Source of the DNA: the human T2T-CHM13v2.0 reference genome, Homo sapiens | Length of the DNA: 64,000 nt | Reading direction: 5' to 3' (one strand) | Assembly (NCBI RefSeq): GCF_009914755.1 | Contig: NC_060927.1 | Shown here: positions 52,205-64,000 of the stretch, one piece after another | How positions within the stretch are numbered: position 1 is the first letter of the stretch | Layout: every line of letters begins with the position of its first letter | Translations under genes and position numbers: made by a program | Notes under the pieces: model-generated | What the model saw: the letters and a program-made list of their open reading frames with translations, nothing else | The model's database searches: none | Told to the model about the DNA's origin: nothing

Positions 52205-52586
52205 CAAATACTTCCTCATCTATCTATTCTCTCACTCTAGTTCTCATTCTCACTCTTGAGGACTAGCCTCCCCCCAGCCCCCTGTCATTCCTCACCCTCT
52301 CCCCTCTACCCGTGGGGATTGTTCCATTGGTATTCAAGCTTCTTTCACTAAAGAAACAAAACCAAAAACCTTTGACCAATATATCTCTCTTTTCCTCATT
52401 ACAATTGCAGATGTTTTAAAAATTATGTGCTACTTTTTCTTTTTAATTTTTTATTTTTCCATAATTTCATACTTACAGAAATTTGAAAGACTAGTACAAA
52501 GAATTCCCACATAACTTTCACCCAGATTTCCCCAACATTTACATTCTACCATATTTGCTTTAACTATCTCCCTATCTCTCTCCCCA

Positions 52587-52887
<301 letters not shown>

Positions 52888-53247
52888 CCCTATCTATATC
52901 TATATAGTTTAATATAAATATATGTATATTAAATATATTAAATATAATTATAATATAAATTAATATAATATAAATATAATTAAATTATATTTAATATAAA
53001 TATATACATATATATATTTTCCTGGACTGTTGCAAAAAGGTTTTACCTTTATCCCTAAGTACTTCAGTATGTGTTTCCTATAAACATAAGTACAATGATT
53101 AGAATCAGGAAGCTAACATTAATATAATATCCGGTCTACAGACCTTCTTTATGACTTGTCATTTGTTCCAATAATGTTCTTTATAGCAAAGAAGTATTCG
53201 GGATCATGCTTTATTTTCAGCTGTCACATTTCCTTAGCTATTTTTGA

Positions 53248-53595
<348 letters not shown>

Positions 53596-53792
53596 GACAT
53601 TGACACTTTTTAAAGAGTAGAGGCTGTTTTTTCTTTTTTTTTTTTTTGTAGAAAATTCCTCAATTTTAATTTTCTTATGTTTCCTCATGATTAGAATAAA
53701 GTTATGCTTCTTCGGCAGGAACACCACAGAAGCAATGCTGTTTCTGTCAATGTCACATCAGGAGCACGTAATGTTGATCTGTTCTGCCACTA

Positions 53793-54145
53793 GTGTTATA
53801 GACTGAAAGTTTTTGTCCCCCCCCAATTCACATGTTGAAACCCTAACCCCCAGTGCGTGGGGCCTTCAGGAGGTGATTAGGTTCATAAGAGTAGAGCCCT
53901 CATGCATGGGATTAGTGCCCTTATTAAAGAGACCCCAGGGAGCTCTCTCATCTTCTTTCCATCACATGAGAATACAAGGAGAAGATGGCAATCTCAACCC
54001 AGCAGATAGTCCTCACCAGAACCTGATCATGCTGGCATTCTGATCTCAGACTTCCTGCCTCCAGAACTGTAAGATATCAATTTCTGTTGTTTGTAAGCTA
54101 CCCAGTCAATGGCATTTTTTTTTGTAGCAGCCTGAACTAAGACAA
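53793..54145 (+). mobile_element. MLT1A-like LTR
   Basis: tgttatagactgaa...tgtccccccc aattcacatgttgaaaccctaacccc...gcagcctgaactaagaca. Confidence 0.8.
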
Positions 54146-54589
54146 CCAGTCATGTTAATTGTGATCACCTTGTGGTGTTAGCCAGGTGTTTCCACTGTGA
54201 AGTTACTATTGCTTCCATTGCAGTTAATAAGTATCTGTAAGGAGGTACCCTGAGATTATGCAAATATCCTGTTAGTCCTCAAATTTTTCACCTACTAATT
54301 TCCATTAATAATGCTTAGCTTGAATGAATTATATTATTGTGATGGTTGAATTATAAATTAGTTATATTATTATTTTATTATGACTTACTAATTCCTTCTA
54401 CATTTATTGATGACTTACATACATGCCCTTTTTATTTTGTCAACTGCTTTTTCAGTATTATAAAAATGGTCATTTTTTTCTTTTAGATCTATTAATATGG
54501 ATTATACTGATAGAATTGCTAATATTGGACCATCCCTGCATTCTTAAACTTCAAAGTCATTACTTTTTTTTTCTTGTTTCTTTTTGTGA

Positions 54590-54878
54590 AATTTTTACTT
54601 TTTGTAGGGATGGGGTCTGGCTATGTTGTCCTGGGCTCAAGCAATCCTCCTGCCTCAGCCTCCCAAAGTGCTAGGATTACTGGTGTGAACCACCATGCCT
54701 GGCCTCTTTTTTTTTTTTTTTTTTTTTTTTAAGATGAAGTCTCTCTATGTTGGAGTACAGTGGCTATTCACAGGTGGAATTATAGTGCGCTGCAGGCTTG
54801 AACTCCTGGCCTCAAGCAATACTTCAGCCTTAGTCTCCTGAGTAGCTGAGACTACAGTCATGTACTGCCATGCCTGGT
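54590..54878 (-). mobile_element. Alu left-monomer fragment (54590-54704) plus FAM monomer (54705-54878)
   Basis: The 7SL-like segment ggctattcacagg is typical of FAM. Confidence 0.7.
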
Positions 54879-55007
54879 TTATTATTATTATTACTATCTT
54901 TTAATGCAGCTGAGGTCTATTTTTATTAGGATTAAAAAAATAGGATTTATTAGAATTTTTTGAATCCATGTTTATAAATTAGATTGATTTATAGTTTTTG
55001 TATGTGA

Positions 55008-55428
<421 letters not shown>

Positions 55429-55794
55429 TAAATGGCATTGGCATTATCACATCTCGAAATTATGGTTAAAAAAAAATCCCTGTGACATTGTCTGAGCCTG
55501 CTGCTTTTGGGGGGCCTCTGATAAATTTTTTAACTTTCTTTTTTAAATAGAAATTGGTCTATTTTTATTTTCTACCTATTTTGGGATTGGTTTGGGGGAA
55601 TTATATTTTCCTAGAGACTCACCCATTTCATTCAGGTTTTCTTTTTTGTTTGTATTCTGGTAACTGGTATGCAGCTAGCATTCAGGTTTTCAAAGTTACT
55701 TGCATAGAGTTAGTAAAGTAACAATGATTTTTTATTTTCTCTAATTCTAGGTTTGTTTCTTCCTTGTCATTTCTTATTTTGTAAGGTTAATCCT

Positions 55795-56270
55795 TGTATT
55801 AATTTTCTATTGCTGTGGCTTATTCTTAGTAGCTTAAACAATACGCATTTATTATCTCACATTTCCTTAGGTCAGAAGTCTAACCAGGTGTCCCCAGGGT
55901 AAAGTCAAAGCGTTGGCGGTGCTGTGTTCCTTTCTGGAGGCTCTAGGACAGTATCTTTCCTTGCCTTTTCTAGTTTCTAAAGGCCGTCTGTGTTCCCTGG
56001 CTTATGGCCTTCTGTTTTTCATCTTCAAGCCAGCCATGTCAAGTCAGATTCTCACATCACATCTCTCTAACCTCAGCCAGGAAAGATCCCCTAATTTTAA
56101 GGGCTCACGTGATTAGATTGAGCCCACGTGGATAATCCAGGATACACTCCCCATCTCAAGATCTTGTACCTTAATCACATCTGCAGAGTCCTTTGGCCAC
56201 ATAAGGTAGTGTACTCACAGATTCCAGGGATGAGAGTGTGGACATCTTTGCAGGGGCCACTGTTCTGCCC
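55795..56270 (-). mobile_element. MLT1C/D-like LTR
   Basis: tgtattaattttctattgctg...tttctggaggctctagg...ttaatcacatctgcagagtcc. Confidence 0.8.
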
Positions 56271-56295
56271 TTTTTTTCTTGATAAAGTTAGCTAA

Positions 56296-56597
<302 letters not shown>

Positions 56598-57256
56598 TAA
56601 GTTTAGCTAAATTTTTATCTGAAATAATAAAATTTCATTTTTTTACTTTAATTTATTCATTGTCTTGGTTTATTATTATTTCTACTATTTTTCTGCTTTC
56701 TAATGCATTAATTTATGCTTTTCTTTCTACTTTAGTTAATTTTGTTGTTCTTTTTCTGAGTCTGGAGTTAGACAATTTGTTTTTCTTCCTTCTTCTTTAT
56801 TAGTATAAAGATAACATTTTCTCTGTACACTGCTTTAGTTCCTTGTTGTCGTTGTCTTTATTATGATTGTTTTGAGATAGACTACAATTTGTTTTATTTC
56901 CTAAACCCAAGAAGAGTTTAAGACAGAATTTTAATATTCTTTTTATTTTCTGAAGGTAGAAGCGTCTCTTTATTTTCTAATTTTCTTATTATTACTGGTT
57001 TAATTGTATGTTGGTCTGAGAATGCTTTTCTGTGACCTAATATTTGGTTAAGTTTCATGGAAGTTTTATGAGCCCTTGGGGTGTGGGGAATGTAGTCTAT
57101 ATTTTCACAGTACAGGATTGAAATTTCATCCATCAGAACTTCCTTGCTAATAATTTACCTAGCCTTGCTTATTTGTCCACTTCACCTGTCATACACTGAA
57201 GGAGGTGAATTAGTCTCTTACTAATGTGTTTCTATTTCTTGTTGTATTTTGTATAA

Positions 57257-57607
<351 letters not shown>

Positions 57608-57641
57608 TGGTATGGTATTTTTTAATGTACAAAAGCTTTTA

Positions 57642-57950
<309 letters not shown>

Positions 57951-58214
57951 TCAAATTTTATCAATATTATCCTTTATGGTTTCTGCGTTTTGCTTAAAGA
58001 GACTTTCTCTACTCTCAGCTTTTTAAAATTATTCAGTCATGCTTCCTTCCAGTACTTTCGTGGTTTTGTTTTTTACATTAAAAACTTTTAAATCATCTGG
58101 AATTAATTTTGATGTAAAGCATGAGTAGGTGCCCACCTTCATTACCCATTCCCCAACCTCAGTCTTTTCAAATGGCTTATCAGGTGTCTAAACATCTTTA
58201 CCGAGTAATTAGTT

Positions 58215-58690
58215 ACAGGAGACATCTGTTGTTTTTGCCTCCTGCCCAGCATCCCTTGCCTCTTCTTTTAATAGTAGCTACTTTATTTCCCTTGGGGAAC
58301 CACCTCTCATTATATGTGGTTTGTTTGGAACTAACAATAGTTCCTGCTCCAGGCTTGGGTATGTAAATCAACCTTGGTATCATCTCCCTGGCCACAGGGA
58401 TAGGGCATGGCCCAAGCTAAACCAATCAGAGTCAAGGAGACTAAGTTCTAAGACCTTTATTGGGATTATTTCAGAAGAGATAGTCTTTTCCTGTTGGACT
58501 TGAAGCTGTAAAAATACAAGTGTGGGCTTCCAGAGGCCACTACCATGTGTATCCCAAGAATAAAGCCAACACAGTGAAAAGCAGAGCCTTGTGTGATAAA
58601 ACGAGACCAGGTGCTGGTAAAATTATTTGAGCCTCTGGATCCAACTATGTCCTGCCCCTGGATGTATTGGTAATGTGTGCCAATTTATCT
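58215..58690 (+). mobile_element. Old ERVL/MaLR LTR fragment
   Basis: ggccacagggatagggcatggcccaagctaaaccaatcagag motif. Confidence 0.5.
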
Positions 58691-58714
58691 ATCAATCATC
58701 TATCTACGTAATGT

Positions 58715-59060
58715 CAGGGGTCCCCAACCCTCGGGCTGCAGACTGGTACTGGTCACTGGCCTGTTAGGAACTGGGCCGCACAGCAGGAGGTGAGCCTCAG
58801 GCAAGTGAGCTAATTCCTGCCTGAGCTCCACCTCCTGTCACATCAGCGGTGGCATTCGATTCTCATAGAAGCTCTAACCCTATTGTGAACTGTGCATGTG
58901 AGGGATCTAGGTTGCACACTCCTTATGAGAATCTAATGCCTGATGATCTGAGGTGGAACAGTTTCATCCTGAAATCATCCATGGCCCCACAATTTCACGT
59001 CTGTGGAAAAATTGTCTTCCACAATACCAGCCCCTGATGCCAAAAAGGTTGGGAACTGTT
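58715..59060 (+). mobile_element. MER1B hAT-Charlie MITE
   Basis: caggggtccccaaccc...ggcctgttaggaactgggccgcacagcaggaggtgag...aaaaaggttgggaactg. Confidence 0.9.
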
Positions 59061-60161
59061 GATAGAGTTTTTTTCTTGCAAGCAAAACACCCTTGACTTA
59101 AAATAATCCATTGATTTGAAATAATGCTTTTATCATATATAAAATTCTGATATGAATTTGTCCCTCTAATCTGTCCCATTGATCCATTTATCTATTACAA
59201 GGGTCATAAACTAGAGGAATTTGTTTTTCAGATGTCTTTTGTTTGGTTAGCTCACTTAAAAACATTCTGAATTTGAATGTTGCTGTGAGTAATGGTGGGT
59301 AACGGTTCCCAGTTATCCCCCTTCTTCAGGGAATTGCTCTTGGTGAAGCAGGAGCCCTCCCACCGGGGAGGCTGTGCCCTCCAGCCACCCCCAAACTCTG
59401 CTAGCGACTGAATTCCATGGGGTCCAAAAAGGCCAATCCTCTTGTCTTCAAGGGAGACTAACTGTGTTCCAGAGCATTCTTGCTTCACTTTTCCTCCTAG
59501 CTGGAGTACCGCCTTTACTCCCTGTCTCCTAAGAGCACTTCCCAATAAGCCATTTGAGTAAGAATCCCAGCCTCAGGTTCTGCTTCTCAGGAACCTAAAC
59601 GAGAAAGGAACTCTTTTCAGGTGGTCGTAACACTCATCCCTAAGAACTGTCCCTAACTGGAAGACGTAGCCCCTCTAACAACAGAAGCAATGTAGATTAA
59701 GGATGTTGATTCTTTTAAATGTATCTACTTAGTTTCCTGGATCCAAGATATATCAGATAATCAACACTGGGCAACCATCCATGTGTAGCTTTCTTTGGGT
59801 AAGAAGATCATCAGTGGGTGCTAAGACCATTGGGTGAAATTTAGTTGGGAAATAGGTTATTATTAATCACATAGGGAAAAATACGCTTTTATAATTAAAA
59901 GAATTGGCATTACCACCTTAACAAAGTGATCAAACTCAGCATCAGTGATATTGGAGCAAGCCAACATTACATGCCTCTCAGAGGGATGATAGGAAATAAA
60001 CAATAACACTTAAGTAGCATTCTTGCCAGAAATATTTAACCTGAATCCAATCATTAGAAAATATCAAACAAATTCAGCTTGTGAGACATTCTACTAGACA
60101 ATGGGCCTAGAGAATGTCCTTGTGTTTGGCAGCTGAAGTTCATTAAAAAGTGTATAAATAA

Positions 60162-60465
60162 GGCCGGGTGTGATGGCTCACGCCTGTAATCCCAGCACTT
60201 TGGGAGGCCGAGGCGTATGGATCACAAGGTCAGGAGCTCAAGACCAGTCTAGCCAAGATGGTGAAACACCCTCTCTACTAAAAATACAAAAAAAAAATTA
60301 GCCGGGCATGGTGGCGCGTGCCTGTAATCCCAGCTACTCAGGAGGCTGAGGCAGAGAATTGCTTGAACCTCGGAGGTGGAGGTTGCAGTGAGCCAAGATG
60401 GCGCCACTGCACTCCAGCCCGGGTGACAGAGCGAGACTGTGTCTCAAAACAAAACAAAAAAAAAA
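60162..60465 (+). mobile_element. AluS
   Basis: TSD aaaaagtgtataaata / aaaaagtgcataaata. Confidence 0.95.
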
Positions 60466-61211
60466 GTGCATAAATAGACAGGATAGATGAGTTTAAGTAA
60501 AGTGTTTACATGTGTTCATCATACTATTCTTTCTACTTTTCATAATTTTGAAATTTTTCAAAAACAAATTTACAAACAAAATATTCTTTATAAAGGCACA
60601 CAAAATATATGCTATATAAAACTCTCATGTGCTTTCAGATTTGGTGTGTGTCATTCAGTTAAAACCTATTTTATCAAATCATATTATGAAATGTGCATTA
60701 CAATTATAGTCAATACTCCTCTTATTTCAGCTTATAATAAGGTTTCATACCTCCTATTAACAAAAAATAAAATTATATGCTAGCTGCCGGACCAATTGGT
60801 TTCTTTTTCATTAAATACATGGAAAATTTAATTTTAAGGTCTAATGAAATTAATGGAGCTGTTTTGGCCTTTTCAATGCATTACTTAATTACATTATCCC
60901 CAAAAGCTGTCTACCAGAATTCAATACCTACATGAATACACATTTACTAAAGGAGTACCTTGCCTTCTGTAATACTCATCACATTAATAATAATTAATAA
61001 TTTTAGCCACACATCACACTAGATAATTATAAAATAATCAGAACTTATGTTATCTTCTTGTTTAAGTAACTTGGATATGACTACTTACATTAGATCTGCA
61101 TCAATTTAATCTTGACCTGGCTGCTTTAGTAATATTTCTTACAATATACACTCCAAAATGCATCTTTTCAAGTTTTAAAAATATTATTCCTTAAAATTTG
61201 TGTTTAACACA

Positions 61212-61499
<288 letters not shown>

Positions 61500-61727
61500 A
61501 ACACATTTATTTGAATTGAAAAATGACATCAGACTCTTTCTGACAGAAATTAAGTCAGAGTCCGATTTGGCTGATTGGTTTGATAATGAGGCCCAGCTTT
61601 GCCAAAAATGTTCTAGTAAACATGTTTCAGAATGCTTATTACTGAACGATCTAAATGGAATCTCTGAAGTTTTGATAAAATAAAGGATGCAATAAAACAA
61701 AAGCATTTAAATAAAAAATATTGGGTG

Positions 61728-62250
61728 ATATGGCAGAAGGATTCTAAACTGGCTCCCATAATCCTTGCTTCCTGGTATCCTTGCCTTTGTGTAATCCCCT
61801 CCCTTTGAGTGTGGATGGGACCCTGGACTTGCTTCTAACCAAGGGAACACAGCAAGAATGATGGAATGAATGTGATAATGTGATATAAGATTGCAATGCC
61901 AGTTTTGTTAGGAGAGACTCCCTTGCTGGCCTCGAAAAAGCGTGGCCATGCTGTGAAGACCCACGTGGCAAGGAGCCGAGGATGCCCTTCAGCTGACAGC
62001 CAGCAAAGAACTGAATACTGCCAACAGCCATGTGAACTTAGATGAATCCACTCCCAGCCATGCCTCAGAGGAGACTGCTGTCCCAGCCAACACCTTGACT
62101 GCAGCCTCGTGAGACCCTGAAGGAGAGGACTCAGCCAAGTCATGCCTGGACTCCTGACCTACAGAAATGTATGCTGTTTTAAGCCACTAGTAATATTAGC
62201 ACTAATGGATACTAATTAATAATATTGTGAACTAATGGATGACTAATACA
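61728..62250 (+). mobile_element. MLT1D/E-like LTR
   Basis: gtaatcccctccccttt gagtgtgg...cagctgacagccagcaaag...gactaataca. Confidence 0.8.
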
Positions 62251-62356
62251 AAATGGCAAAGGTAGGCTGAAATTAATATTTCAATATTTGAACCTCTTTG
62301 GAACCTAGCACTGTTAAACGGGAGTCCAGGTGGAAGAATTGCAGGTGTAACATACA

Positions 62357-62867
<511 letters not shown>

Positions 62868-63685
62868 TGTGGAGTCATCTGGTAGCTAAGTTTTAGTAAA
62901 GGCTTTCTGGTGTACTAAGTCATTGAGAAAATGATTAGATTGTAATAACTGGTAACAAATCCTTTTACAAGTTAAATTGTTTTCAATCTTTTATTTTCAA
63001 TAAAAGTAAAGGGGACCTAACAGAGTTGTCAATTGATAAATCATTACAAATAATTTTTGATGAAAGAATATGTGAATTTTAACAAGTAAACTTCTTGAAA
63101 GTTGGAAAGACTTTCAAGAATGGAGTGGCATTTCCATTCAAAACTCTCACACACAACTCCTTTTATTCCTAAGTGCTTATTTAAGTGAACAAGGTGTATT
63201 AGAGTAGGTTAAATTGCTGTTACAAATAGACCCAAACATGGTTCAAACGTGAAGTTTATTTCCTAATTGGCAAGTGTTCTCCTGCATGTGGTGAATAAGA
63301 CACCCAGGTTTCTTCCATGTGTGGCTCCACCATCCCCCAAGGGTCTTGCCATCATCTACACCCAACTAGAAGAATGCACAGAGGAGCACTTGCTCTCTTA
63401 ATAGTCCTAGCCCAGAAAGAGCATGTTTTATTTCTGCTTACCTTTAATTAGATTATATCCATCTGGGTCCAATCAGCAGAGAGAAACCATATAGTAATTT
63501 AAATAGGGGAAGTTTAATAGGAAGAATTATTAACTGTAAGAGGGGATTGGAGTCACAAGGGATTGGCAGTTCAGAAGCAAAGGGATAACATTTATAAAAA
63601 GTGGATACTATCCCTAAAGCTGAGAAAGAGCACTCCCACCTCCTTCTCTTTCATCAGGGCTGAGATTCATATTTCATTGAAGAGG

Positions 63686-64000
63686 TGTATTTGAGGGCCC
63701 CAATATTATCCTTAGGTTCAGTGATAAGTGAGGACTCAGAATTCAAAAAAGCTTTTATACTTAGGGTTATGGTTTGTCATAATGAAAAGAGAGTTAAAAT
63801 CAGCAAAAAGAAAAGGCACATAGGGCAGAGGCTGGGACAGACCAGATGCAAGCTTCCAGTTGTCTTTTCTCAGTGGAGTCACATGGACAGTACTTAATTC
63901 TTTCAGCAATGATGTGTGAAAACACTCATAAAGTATTGCCAGCTAGGGAAGCTCACCCAAGCCTTGGTGTCCGGGGTTTGTACTGGGGGTTGATCACATA
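63686..64000. mobile_element. MER21-like LTR, runs off the window
   Basis: aaaatcagcaaaaagaaaaggcacatagggcagag...caagcttccagttgtc...agggaagctcacccaagccttggtgtcc. Confidence 0.7.

Noticed and set aside
54705-54878. Possible 7SL RNA gene
   Set aside because: Only the Alu-domain portion with a poly-A tail is present and the S domain is missing; fits a FAM monomer.

Overview
Repeat-dense primate (most likely human) genomic DNA with no prokaryotic-type features. The only gene-like sequence is at the left end: the last two exons (967-1157 and 5459-5638, + strand) and 3' UTR of an NmrA-family gene paralogous to NMRAL1. From recalled sequence this is most likely NMRAL2P/LOC344887 (3q27.2). Both exons are open, in phase and have canonical splice sites. 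The remaining ~57 kb is intergenic. It holds about 45 Alus, a 5'-truncated L1PA3-like insertion with an open ORF2 C-terminus, older L1s, a nested near-full-length Tigger1, a hAT/Charlie transposase fossil, THE1/MLT/MER21 LTRs, MIR/L2 fragments and microsatellites. The most notable unexplained structures are two strong CTCF motifs, a 65-bp templated insertion copied from 1 kb away, an 80-bp hairpin with perfect 26-bp arms and a fold-back inversion inside an Alu. I found no convincing new gene system. Repeat subfamily names come from recalled consensus sequences, and boundaries of old repeats are approximate.
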